A DNA stretch of 64,000 nucleotides from positions 465,833-529,832 of the forward strand of contig CP055308.1 in the NCBI GenBank assembly GCA_013374855.1. The letters run 5' to 3'. This DNA is from Candidatus Woesebacteria bacterium. Its GTDB lineage: Bacteria > Patescibacteriota > Microgenomatia > UBA8517. Each line of letters begins with the position of its first letter. Position 1 is the stretch's first letter. The notes beneath the pieces are model-generated. The model worked only from the letters and a program-made list of their open reading frames with translations, was not told where the DNA came from and made no database searches. Below, one piece after another: positions 55,407 through 64,000 of this stretch. The translations under genes and the position numbers were made by a program.

Positions 55407-55456
55407 ATTTTCAGGTTTTTTTCAGCAAATTTATTTAATCTTATAATTAAGGTAAG

Positions 55457-56674
55457 ATGAACGTCTTAGTTAAATTAAAGAAGCTACTAAGAACAAGATC
55501 TTTATTAGTTGCAGTCTTGTTTTTGGTGGTGGTTGGTGTGTTTTGGTTTATAAGGTATAAGAGTTCTAAAAACGGTAAGGTTGTTTATCAAACAGCGAGG
55601 GTAGAAAGAGGAACAGTGGTGTCTTCTATTTCTGCGTCAGGTAGTATTATTTCTTCTAACTTTATTTCGATTGATACAACAGCCAGTGGCGTGGTAAAAG
55701 AAGTTTTTGTTAAGGAAGGTCAGAAAGTTTATAAAGGTCAAAGAATTGCTAGGATTGAGCTTGATATGGAGGGAGAGCAAAGGCTAGCCTCTGCTTATTC
55801 TAGCTTAATTTCGGCAGATAATGCTTTAGCCTCAGCTAATAATAGCCTACGTCAAGCTCAGGCTTCTTTGGAGAAAGTTTATGATGAAATAAAAGGACAC
55901 GACAGTGATGAAACTTTTGCAATGAAGGAGACAAGAACTAAAGCAGAAGTAGCAAAAGATAATGCCTACAACAGTTTAAGAAGCGCCCAAGCTAGTTTGT
56001 CGGTTGCTTCCTATAATTATCGTCTTGCCTCACCTGATATTTTAGCTCCTGTCTCGGGTGTCGTGGGGAGTATAAATATTGTTCCTGGGATGGTTTTGGG
56101 AAGTGTTTCAAGTCAGTCGGGTTCTTCATCAACCAGAGTTGGAGTTATAAAGTTTGAAGGTCTGCCTGTGGCTTCTTTTAACGTATCTGAAGTTGATATC
56201 TCGAAGGTTAAAGAAGGACAAAAGGCGACAATTACGATAGATTCTATATTTGGCAAGACTTTTACAGGAAAGGTCGTGGCAGTAGACAGAGTTGGTATAA
56301 GCTCAAGTGGCGTTACCAACTATCCAGTTTTAGTTCAATTTGATAATAGTGTTCCTGAAATTCTGCCTAATATGTCAGCTTCGGTTAATATAATTTTAGA
56401 CACTAAAGCTGATGTTCTTGTAATTCCTAATTCAGCTCTAGTTACAGCAGGTGATGGAAGCACGAGTGTTAGAGTGCTGAAAAATGGTAAAGAAGAGACC
56501 TTGTCTGTGGTAGTAGGTATTTCTTCTGATACGAATACAGAAATAGTTTCTGGATTAAGCGAGGGTGATACAGTTGTTACTGGAACAGTTTCTTCTAGTT
56601 CTACGCAAGGTGGTGCTAACAGGTCTGTTTCTCCATTTAGTTCTTTTGGTGGTGGGGGATTTAGGATGAGGTAA
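55457..56674 (+). CDS. HlyD/MacA-family periplasmic adaptor subunit (module 2)
   Basis: TM anchor, coiled-coil hairpin and beta-barrel. Paralogous to 40425..41453 (shared TRT.AEVAKDNAY.SLR ... AP.SG.V block). Confidence 0.85.
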   Translation: MNVLVKLKKLLRTRSLLVAVLFLVVVGVFWFIRYKSSKNGKVVYQTARVERGTVVSSISASGSIISSNFISIDTTASGVVKEVFVKEGQKVYKGQRIARIELDMEGEQRLASAYSSLISADNALASANNSLRQAQASLEKVYDEIKGHDSDETFAMKETRTKAEVAKDNAYNSLRSAQASLSVASYNYRLASPDILAPVSGVVGSINIVPGMVLGSVSSQSGSSSTRVGVIKFEGLPVASFNVSEVDISKVKEGQKATITIDSIFGKTFTGKVVAVDRVGISSSGVTNYPVLVQFDNSVPEILPNMSASVNIILDTKADVLVIPNSALVTAGDGSTSVRVLKNGKEETLSVVVGISSDTNTEIVSGLSEGDTVVTGTVSSSSTQGGANRSVSPFSSFGGGGFRMR

Positions 56675-56675
56675 T

Positions 56676-57383
56676 ATGCCTACTATTATTGAAGTTTCGA
56701 ATGTCAGGAAAGTTTACAAGAATGATTCTGTGGAAACAATCGCTTTAGAGGGGATTTCTTTTAAGGTGCAAAAAGGAGAATTTGTAGCTATTATGGGACC
56801 TTCTGGTTCTGGTAAATCTACTCTTATGCATATTTTAGGGCTGCTTGACAAACCAACCAGTGGTAAATATTTTCTTGAGGAGGAGGATGTGTCTTTGTTG
56901 AATGAAGATAGATTGGCGGAGTTAAGAAATAGGAAGATAGGTTTTGTTTTTCAGGCTTACAACCTTCTTCCTCGTATATCGGCTTTAAAAAATGTGGCGC
57001 TACCAATGATTTATGGTGGGCTTGAAGAAGAGGAAGGGTTGATAAAAGCAAAACGTTTGTTAGAAATGGTTGGTATGGGGGATAGATTACTTTATACTCC
57101 TAGTCAGCTTTCGGGTGGCCAACAGCAAAGAGTAGCTATCGCTCGCAGTCTAACAATGAATCCTTCTCTAATTCTTGCTGATGAACCAACTGGAAATATT
57201 GCCACAAGTCAGGCAGAGGAAATTATGAAAATTTTTGTTGATCTAAACAAAAAAGGGCACACAATAGTAATTATTACCCATGAAGAAGATATTGCCTCAT
57301 ATGCTCAGCGGATTATTTATCTAAGAGACGGAAAAATAGTAAAAGAGTCCAAGAGTAAGAGGATTGTTAAGAAACTTGTCTAA
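56676..57383 (+). CDS. ABC transporter ATP-binding protein, MacB/LolD-type (module 2)
   Basis: Walker [10 protein letters not shown], signature [15 protein letters not shown], Walker [11 protein letters not shown]. Confidence 0.9.
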   Translation: MPTIIEVSNVRKVYKNDSVETIALEGISFKVQKGEFVAIMGPSGSGKSTLMHILGLLDKPTSGKYFLEEEDVSLLNEDRLAELRNRKIGFVFQAYNLLPRISALKNVALPMIYGGLEEEEGLIKAKRLLEMVGMGDRLLYTPSQLSGGQQQRVAIARSLTMNPSLILADEPTGNIATSQAEEIMKIFVDLNKKGHTIVIITHEEDIASYAQRIIYLRDGKIVKESKSKRIVKKLV

Positions 57384-58608
57384 TATGGATTACAAAGAAA
57401 TTATATCTGAGGCAATATCTTCTTTACTTTTAAATAAAACAAGAACAGGGCTTGCTGCCCTTGGGGTAATTATTGGGATAGGGAGCGTGATAGCTCTAAT
57501 ATCATTGGGGCAGGCAAGCCAAAAAGCTGTGGAGAATCAAATTCAGTCTTTGGGTTCTAATCTACTCACGATTAGCCCAAGAGGTGCAAGTGTGGGTGGA
57601 GTACAAAGAGCGGGAGGGACAGGAACTACTTTAACTTTGGATGACGCGCTTGCGATATTAAAACAGTTTAGAGGTAGTTTAGTGAATGATGTTTCTCCTG
57701 AATTTTCCGGTCGTCGGCAAGTAACTGCTGGTCGCAAAAATATTAACACTCAAGTAATAGGAGTCTACCCCCAATATGCTCAAATTAGGAAAATTCAGAT
57801 AGACAAAGGTTATTTTATTAGCACCAGAGATGTTGAAGGAATGACTAGGGTGGCAGTAGTTGGCCCTCAGGTGGCAATTGATTTATTTGGAGAGGGGACA
57901 AATCCCGTGGGTAAGAGCATAAGAATAGAAGGGATTGCTTTTAAAATAATAGGACAGACTCTTGCTAAGGGGGGACAAGGTTTTGGTAATCCAGATGATT
58001 CTATTTATATTCCTTTATCAACAGCTCAGAAACAAATTTTTGGTGCTAATTATTTAACCAGTATTGCGGTTGAGGTAAAAGATGATAACATTATGACCGA
58101 TGCTCAAAATCAAATAGGCTATTTTCTTCTAGAGAGACATCGTCTTACAAGTCCTGAAAATGCAGATTTTAGTATATTTTCTCAAGCGGATGTTTTATCC
58201 ACAGCTTCTTCGGTAACTTCTACATTTACCACTTTATTGGCAGGTATTGCGGCGATTTCACTTTTGGTGGGGGGTATAGGAATTATGAATATAATGCTTG
58301 TGACAGTTACTGAGAGAACTCGCGAAATTGGACTACGCAAGGCTTTGGGTGCAAAAAACAAGCTTATCATAATTCAGTTCTTGCTTGAGGCGGTTATTTT
58401 GACTTTGAGTGGTGGAGTTTTGGGAATAGTACTTGGAATAACTGTTTCTTTTTTCCTTTCGCACAGTATGGGTTTGCCTTTTACTGTTTCTTTGTTGTCT
58501 ATTTTGCTTTCTTTTGGTGTTTCGGTGTTGGTGGGTATAATCTTTGGGATATATCCTGCTCGTAAGGCTTCTAAGCTTGAGCCTATTGAGGCTTTGAGAT
58601 ATGAATAA
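57364..58608 (+). CDS. ABC transporter permease, MacB/FtsX-domain family (module 2)
   Basis: Same architecture as 38566..39753 (VTERTREIGLRKALGA motif). Confidence 0.85.
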   Translation: MLRNLSNMDYKEIISEAISSLLLNKTRTGLAALGVIIGIGSVIALISLGQASQKAVENQIQSLGSNLLTISPRGASVGGVQRAGGTGTTLTLDDALAILKQFRGSLVNDVSPEFSGRRQVTAGRKNINTQVIGVYPQYAQIRKIQIDKGYFISTRDVEGMTRVAVVGPQVAIDLFGEGTNPVGKSIRIEGIAFKIIGQTLAKGGQGFGNPDDSIYIPLSTAQKQIFGANYLTSIAVEVKDDNIMTDAQNQIGYFLLERHRLTSPENADFSIFSQADVLSTASSVTSTFTTLLAGIAAISLLVGGIGIMNIMLVTVTERTREIGLRKALGAKNKLIIIQFLLEAVILTLSGGVLGIVLGITVSFFLSHSMGLPFTVSLLSILLSFGVSVLVGIIFGIYPARKASKLEPIEALRYE

Positions 58609-58613
58609 AGGAG

Positions 58614-59030
58614 GTGATTAATATGAAAAATAAGTTTTTGTTAGTAGTGATGGCTTTTTCTTTGGTGTTTGGGGTTTTGGGTTTTTGGGGAGGAATAAAG
58701 TATCAACAATCCAAAAACCCACGTTTTCCGGTGCGGAATTTTGCTGGGAATGGTAATTTTCCTGGTCAGAACCAGAATAATTTTCGGCCGGTTAGTGGGG
58801 AAATAATATCAGTTGATGACAAGAGCATTACGGTTAAATTACCTGATGGCTCAAGTAAGATAGTTTTCTTAACTGATTCAACAGTAATTAGCAAATCGGA
58901 TTCTGCCACTAAAGAAGATCTTAAGGCTGGAGAAAAAATCTCTGCTTTTGGAACAGTAAATCAAGACGGTACGGTTGTTGCATCTAATATTCAACTTAAT
59001 TCTGTTTTTCGAACCGGACCACAGCGATAG
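58614..59030 (+). CDS. small membrane-anchored beta-rich secreted protein (paralog of 53326..53718)
   Basis: Signal/TM segment, N/Q/G-rich linker, then the KSITVKLPDGSSKIVFLTDSTVISK...GTVVASNIQL domain. Confidence 0.55.
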   Translation: MINMKNKFLLVVMAFSLVFGVLGFWGGIKYQQSKNPRFPVRNFAGNGNFPGQNQNNFRPVSGEIISVDDKSITVKLPDGSSKIVFLTDSTVISKSDSATKEDLKAGEKISAFGTVNQDGTVVASNIQLNSVFRTGPQR

Positions 59031-59051
59031 ATAATATCGTATGATTACTTT

Positions 59052-59081
59052 TTGTTTCGATGTATTAATACATCGAAACAA
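59052..59081. repeat. perfect 30-bp palindrome TTGTTTCGATGTATTAATACATCGAAACAA (copy 5, CGATG subtype)
   Basis: Exact dyad; 22 bp downstream of the 59030 stop and preceded by a T-tract. Confidence 0.9.
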
Positions 59082-59492
59082 TGGCAAGGTTTATAATGTT
59101 TGTAATTGGGTTTGATGATAATTTAGAAAAAGGATTGAAGAGTTCTAAGACTTCTTTTTTGAAGAAAATGACTTCGGAGAAGGCAATTGAAATGGGTGAG
59201 TAGAGCTGTCTTATCCTTCGACTTTTCCCAGGTGGCATTGGTTGACGAAATGTTTTCAATTTCAATATATAATAAGGGGTATTAAAAACAAGCTTGGTTG
59301 TCTGAGAATTCAGTTGGACAGAGATTAATAATGTTTTGAATTTTAGTTCGAAGACCCATCTTACAGAAGCACTAAGAAATATTTGGATTTAGCTTAAAAG
59401 ATTTGATGAAGATGAACAATGACTTTATTTGGATTATGTTGAATGATGATCTCTTGTTTACTTTAACCATTCTCTTGTTATAACATTAAAGT

Positions 59493-60635
59493 ATGGACAG
59501 AGTGGTAATAGTGATGCCTACTTTTAATGAAGCCGAGAACATTGGCTTTATGATTGAGGAGTTATTGGGTAAGGAGTTTCCGAAGATTAATGCTGATATG
59601 CATCTTCTTGTTGTTGATGCTAACTCTCCAGATGGCACAGCTAAAATAGTTGAAGGAAAGATGAAAAGGTATAAGAATCTTCATCTTTTGAGTAAAAAAA
59701 AGGAAGGCTTGGGAGCTGATTATGTGGCTGGTTTTAAGTATGCAGTTGAAAAGCTGTCAGCGGATGCTGTTGTCGAAATGGATGCTGATGGTCAACATCC
59801 TCCCAGTAATGTTAGTCGGATGGTTGATGCATATTTAGCGGGAGCTGATTATGTAATAGGTAGCCGTTATGTACCGGGTGGTTCTGTCCCTCGTGAATGG
59901 GCTTTTTCAAGGAAAGCAATCAGTTATCTTGGTAACTTATTTATAAGGCTTGTCTGGCTTAAATTTTGGCTACATGATGTAACAACAGGCTTTCGCTTAA
60001 CTCGAGTTAAGGGGGTGCTTGATAAAATTGATCTTGACAATCTAATGGCAAAGGAAAGATTTGCCTATAAGGTTGATTTATTGTACCAGAGCGTAAAAAA
60101 TGCGAAAGTGATTAAAGAAGTACCACTTGAATTTAAACCTCGGCTTAAGGAAAAATCGAAGTTTAATCCCAAAGAGATGGTTGTTACCTTTAAGGTAGCT
60201 ATAATTTTGGGTATAAGGGATAAGCAAAGATTTATTAAATTTGGCACCGTTGGTTTTATGGGTTATTTGGTTAACGCGTTTTCATTAAAGTTGATGACAA
60301 CTTTGGGAGTGCCTGGAATTTTGGCTTGGAGCATACCTGTTGAACTTGCAATAATTAGCAATTTTACGCTTAACAATATCTGGACTTTCAAGAAGGAAAA
60401 AATAATCGGAGCTAGAAGAATTGTTTATAAGTTCTTTCAGTTTAACTTGACAAGTATGGGGGCTTTGGTAATTCAGACTGTTTCAGGTAATATTGCAGAT
60501 GCTGTTTTTGGAGTTGGTGCTCGACAGATTGTTTTGCCGTTTATTATTTTGTTCTTGGTTCTTCCTTACAACTATTTTATGTATAATGCTGTTATTTGGA
60601 AAACTTGGAAGCTGCCTTGGTTTAAAAGCAAATGA
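59493..60635 (+). CDS. GT2 polyprenyl-phosphate sugar synthase (Dpm1/Ppm1-like) fused to a C-terminal GtrA-like membrane domain
   Basis: GT-A motifs VIVMPTFNEAENIG, VVDANSPDGT and MDADGQHPP (DxD). The C-terminal 130 aa have four TM helices with a GtrA-family pattern (FIKFGTVGFMGYLVNAFSL...NFTLNNIWTF). Confidence 0.8.
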   Translation: MDRVVIVMPTFNEAENIGFMIEELLGKEFPKINADMHLLVVDANSPDGTAKIVEGKMKRYKNLHLLSKKKEGLGADYVAGFKYAVEKLSADAVVEMDADGQHPPSNVSRMVDAYLAGADYVIGSRYVPGGSVPREWAFSRKAISYLGNLFIRLVWLKFWLHDVTTGFRLTRVKGVLDKIDLDNLMAKERFAYKVDLLYQSVKNAKVIKEVPLEFKPRLKEKSKFNPKEMVVTFKVAIILGIRDKQRFIKFGTVGFMGYLVNAFSLKLMTTLGVPGILAWSIPVELAIISNFTLNNIWTFKKEKIIGARRIVYKFFQFNLTSMGALVIQTVSGNIADAVFGVGARQIVLPFIILFLVLPYNYFMYNAVIWKTWKLPWFKSK

Positions 60636-61501
60636 TTAGTTTTCCCCGCAAGGAACCTGATTTTAGTCAGTTTTTAGTGCGAGAATACTTCCGTTTGGGT
60701 TCAGTTGATGAGGTTTTAAGACATTATAAATTTTCTCTTCCTGTTTCTTACGCTACCTATCAGAGAATACTCGACAAATATGGAGTAATTAAGAAGGCTT
60801 CAGCTTCTGGTAAGTTAAGTGAAGCTATAGATTTTTTTGAACACTTAGTTAAAGATAATATGAAAATAGAAGAACTTTATAAGAAAACACCTCATTCTTT
60901 TAGAACATCAATTAAAACTTTGTATAGGATTTATTCTTATATGAGAGAAGGATTAACAAGAAGAATGGGTGTTGCTTTAGTTATTAGTCCATATAATAAG
61001 CCAAATAAGGTTCTATTAGGAAGGGATATTTCAACTCCGTCTTTAGAACTTGGTAAGAAGTATGGCGCTTGGTCTTTGCCAATGGGTTTTACTCGTAAAA
61101 GAGATTCAAGGAAAACTGGGGTTATAAGAGTACTTCAGAATGAGGTTTTTACTTTGATGGTTTGTAATAGAACTTTTCCCTATTCTGTTATCCCGGATAA
61201 GCTTGAGCCATTTATGTATCTTGATATAGCTGATGTTAGGGTTGTAGTTTATAATTTGATTTTACCTCAAGATTTATCTGAATTAAGTCAATTTTCAAGC
61301 TATAAGCTTAGATCTTACAGATTTTTTAGCCTCGAGGAAGCTTCTAGCCTTAAAAATACTAGAGTGGGTGTTGCCGATATTATTTCTGGCTACAGGAAGC
61401 ATCTTAAATATTTAAGTAAAAAACTAACGGTGAATCCCTTTCAGTCTGTTTCAATTCTAAACAAAGAAATTATCGAGCTTGCTTTTGAGATTGATAAATA
61501 G
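60632..61501 (+). CDS. hypothetical protein (289 aa)
   Basis: Intact ORF overlapping the upstream stop by 4 bp; no secure motif (weak Nudix-fold-like middle region). Confidence 0.4.
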   Translation: MISFPRKEPDFSQFLVREYFRLGSVDEVLRHYKFSLPVSYATYQRILDKYGVIKKASASGKLSEAIDFFEHLVKDNMKIEELYKKTPHSFRTSIKTLYRIYSYMREGLTRRMGVALVISPYNKPNKVLLGRDISTPSLELGKKYGAWSLPMGFTRKRDSRKTGVIRVLQNEVFTLMVCNRTFPYSVIPDKLEPFMYLDIADVRVVVYNLILPQDLSELSQFSSYKLRSYRFFSLEEASSLKNTRVGVADIISGYRKHLKYLSKKLTVNPFQSVSILNKEIIELAFEIDK

Positions 61502-61714
61502 TCTTTGCTTCTACCTGTTTTCCTTGAGAGCTTTGACTATCGTATTCACAATCGGGGCAAATTCTTCTTGGGGGGAAGTGAGGCGTTTTACAACCTGGGC
61601 AGTTTGATCCCTCAAGTCTTAGTAACTGCCCTCTTAATCTCCAGAATCTTGGAACTTCCATGGTTTTTTGATTTTAATGTTTGTTTTTTCTCAAAAACTC
61701 TCAACTTTGGTTTT

Positions 61715-62872
61715 CTAAAGAAGTGGCCCCCAATCGGCTATGGGCATTTTGTTTTGGGAGATAAAAGCAAGTGTAAAAAGATAAATTGGGATAGCAATTA
61801 GGGCAAGTATGATTTTAAATTCCTTTTTGGTTATGGTTTTCTCGTAGGCTATCAAAAGAAAAGGTACAGCAGGCAGAAAGTATCTTCCAATATCGCGATG
61901 AGAAACAAAAAGTATTGAGATAAAGAAAAAGCCACTGACTAAAGCCATTGTTATTCTCTTTTGTTTGAATAAGTTTATTATTCCCCAACCGCCAAAGATA
62001 TATATTAAGATAATTTCCTCAAGCCAAAATGTTCCTACCCAAGTAGCTGAATAATTAAAAACTTGAAATGGAGGGAAAAATAGGTGAATATTGTCTCCAG
62101 AATTGAAATATGCCATATAGTCATTGAATCTTAGTCCGTAAAAGAAAAATAGACAAATTAGAGAAATTGGGATTAATAAAATCCATAAGCTTTTCTGTTC
62201 GATAACTTTTGTGTTTTTTTGAATTTTTATCTTTGAAGTTTTTTTTATTGTTTGGTAGGCTAGTGATCCTGCAAGTGATAGGAACAAGAGTATTCCAGGA
62301 GATTTTGTGAGTTGGGAAAGAACGCCCCAAATTCCTGATTTAAAGTACTCTTTTCTATTGAAGTAATAAACTGAAGCTATAATTGAAGTCATAAATAGAG
62401 GTTCTGGAGAAGCAATTGATCTGGTTATAAGCCAACGGGCAGGAAATATGGAAAAAATTATAAGTAAAATTTTTGCTTTTTTCTCTCCCAGTTCATCTTT
62501 TGTTAACTTAAAGAAGAAGTATAAACACAAGATTGAAGATAATAATGTTACAAGTAAAGAGGCGTAGGGAAATCCAACTAAAAATGAAAAAAATCTTATT
62601 AAGATTGGATATAAGGGAAAGTGCGCAGCATAATATTCTACAGGTAAGGGAAAGGAAACCATTTGTTTAATCAACTCTGTGTTGTACAAGGTTTTTGCTA
62701 CAACTATGTAAAGCGGCCCGTCGTAGTTGGAAATAACTGTTGCCATCCCTTCTTTACCAAGTGGGATAGTCCAAAATTTTTCTATTTTTAAAAAAAAAGG
62801 AAGCCAGACAAAAATTGTTGGCACTATAGCAAGCACGAAAATTAATGCAAAATCCTTAAAAAACTTTCTCAT
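61715..62872 (-). CDS. polytopic membrane protein, putative GT-C-type glycosyltransferase
   Basis: 385 aa with more than nine TM helices and a short conserved first loop (NYDGPLY). Sits between two Dpm1-like GT2 genes. Confidence 0.45.
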   Translation of the reverse strand: MRKFFKDFALIFVLAIVPTIFVWLPFFLKIEKFWTIPLGKEGMATVISNYDGPLYIVVAKTLYNTELIKQMVSFPLPVEYYAAHFPLYPILIRFFSFLVGFPYASLLVTLLSSILCLYFFFKLTKDELGEKKAKILLIIFSIFPARWLITRSIASPEPLFMTSIIASVYYFNRKEYFKSGIWGVLSQLTKSPGILLFLSLAGSLAYQTIKKTSKIKIQKNTKVIEQKSLWILLIPISLICLFFFYGLRFNDYMAYFNSGDNIHLFFPPFQVFNYSATWVGTFWLEEIILIYIFGGWGIINLFKQKRITMALVSGFFFISILFVSHRDIGRYFLPAVPFLLIAYEKTITKKEFKIILALIAIPIYLFTLAFISQNKMPIADWGPLL

Positions 62873-62947
62873 TTAACGAAATGATACATTTTTTAGTATT
62901 TTTAGGCAAGATGGATGATAAGTCTTTTATTTTTTGTTAGACTACTA

Positions 62948-63652
62948 ATGATGAAAGAAATTTCTGTATTTTTTCCTGCTTATAATGAGGAGGGCAATAT
63001 AAAGAATGTAATTGAAAAGGCGTGTTCGGTGTTAGAAAAGTTGGGTTTTAAAAATTGGGAGATTATAGTAGTAAATGACGGGTCAGTTGATAAAACATCC
63101 GAAATTGTAAGAAAGATTTCTGATAAAGATTCACGGATTAGGCTTATTAATCACGAAACAAATAGAGGTTATGGGGCGGCTTTGAAAACTGGGTTTTATA
63201 ACTCTTCTTATTCCTGGATAGCATTTACCGACTCTGATGGTCAATTTGATTTTTCTGAGATTAATAATTTTATAAGAAAGCAAAAAGAGACAAATGCCGA
63301 TCTTGTTATAGGGTTTTATAAAAAAAGACAGGAATCAAAGTTTAAGATAATTACCAGCAAAATTTGGGAACTTGTTGTTTTTGTCTTATTTGGACTTAAG
63401 GTAAAAGATATTGATTGTGGTTTTAAATTAATTTCCAAGAAAGTTATTGATTCAATTCCAAAACTTGAATCAGAAAGAGGCGCTTTTATATCAAGTGAGC
63501 TTCTTATTAAAGCAAAAAAGAAGGGTTTTAAAATAGTGGAGATTCCCGTTTCTCACTTTCCAAGGAGAAAAGGTAAGGCTACAGGTAGAGACATTAGGGT
63601 TATAGTTAGAAGCTTCTATGATCTTTTTAGATTATGGTTTAAGATGTTATGA
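62948..63652 (+). CDS. GT2 glycosyltransferase, Dpm1-like (polyprenyl-phosphate sugar synthase family)
   Basis: VFFPAYNEEGNI, VVNDGSVDKT and TDSDGQFD (DxD) motifs. The track start is 62915; the ATG at 62948 is preferred. Confidence 0.8.
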   Translation: MMKEISVFFPAYNEEGNIKNVIEKACSVLEKLGFKNWEIIVVNDGSVDKTSEIVRKISDKDSRIRLINHETNRGYGAALKTGFYNSSYSWIAFTDSDGQFDFSEINNFIRKQKETNADLVIGFYKKRQESKFKIITSKIWELVVFVLFGLKVKDIDCGFKLISKKVIDSIPKLESERGAFISSELLIKAKKKGFKIVEIPVSHFPRRKGKATGRDIRVIVRSFYDLFRLWFKML

Positions 63653-64000
63653 TTATTTTTTTGAGAAAGATAAGGCTTTGGGTTTCTAATAATAAATTAG
63701 AAACGTTTTTTCTCTCTGCCACCTTGGTATTGGGTGGCTTTTTAAGACTTTATAAAATTTCCCATTATATGACTTTTTTGGGAGATGAGGGTAGAGACGC
63801 CTTGATTGTCAAGCGATTGCTTGAGGGTGATCTTGTTTTTGTGGGTCCTGGGACTTCTGTGGGAAATATGTATCTTGGACCATTTTACTATTATTTTATG
63901 GCTCCTTTTCTTTGGCTTTTTCGCTTTAATCCAACTGGGCCTGCTGTTGGTGTTGCTCTGCTTGGTGTGGCTACTATATTTTTAGTTTGGTTTATGACAC
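63649..64000 (+). CDS. GT-C membrane glycosyltransferase, GT83/ArnT-PMT_2-like, 5' part (runs off the window)
   Basis: Start overlaps the upstream stop (ATGA). The LRLYKISHYMTFLGDEGRDALIVKRLLEGD loop motif (DE.RY-like) is followed by TM helices. No stop before position 64000. Confidence 0.65.
   Translation, partial: MIIFLRKIRLWVSNNKLETFFLSATLVLGGFLRLYKISHYMTFLGDEGRDALIVKRLLEGDLVFVGPGTSVGNMYLGPFYYYFMAPFLWLFRFNPTGPAVGVALLGVATIFLVWFMT

Noticed and set aside
59065-59265. 66-aa minus-strand ORF overlapping the copy-5 palindrome
   Set aside because: No start context. It overlaps the palindrome, and its composition fits a random ORF.

Overview
This 64-kb window is a compact, low-GC, gene-dense bacterial segment of roughly 70 genes, mostly separated by short gaps or overlapping by 1-4 bp. 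Gene content is consistent with a reduced-genome Gram-positive-like or CPR/Patescibacteria-type organism; that placement is inference. Translation uses the standard code: prfB is present and no in-frame TGA occurs in conserved genes. Housekeeping genes recognised from motifs are xseA/xseB, rarA, secA, tgt, prfB, ftsE/ftsX, trmD, truB, uppP, dgkA, lon, greA, lysS and serS, plus tRNA-Ala(CGC) and tRNA-Glu(CUC). Accessory and cell-envelope content is rich. It includes a sortase next to a 2143-aa surface protein, four GT-C-type membrane glycosyltransferases, two Dpm1-like GT2 enzymes (one fused to GtrA), and two paralogous HlyD/ABC/FtsX-permease (MacAB-like) modules, one with a two-component system. 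It also includes an FtsEX operon followed by a coiled-coil protein with a C39-like cysteine-peptidase domain, and an undecaprenyl-phosphate recycling cluster. The most striking unexplained signal is a dispersed family of five perfect 28-32-bp palindromes with the core ATGTATTAATACAT, in two co-varying subtypes. All five are intergenic and sit just upstream of + strand genes. Two flank a TrpR/YerC-like HTH regulator gene and two bracket the two-component/efflux operon. The window also contains a disrupted Nudix gene (one frameshift plus an in-frame TAA), a 35-codon relic of rmlA/rfbA, and an unusually long (562 bp) AT-rich ORF-free gap.
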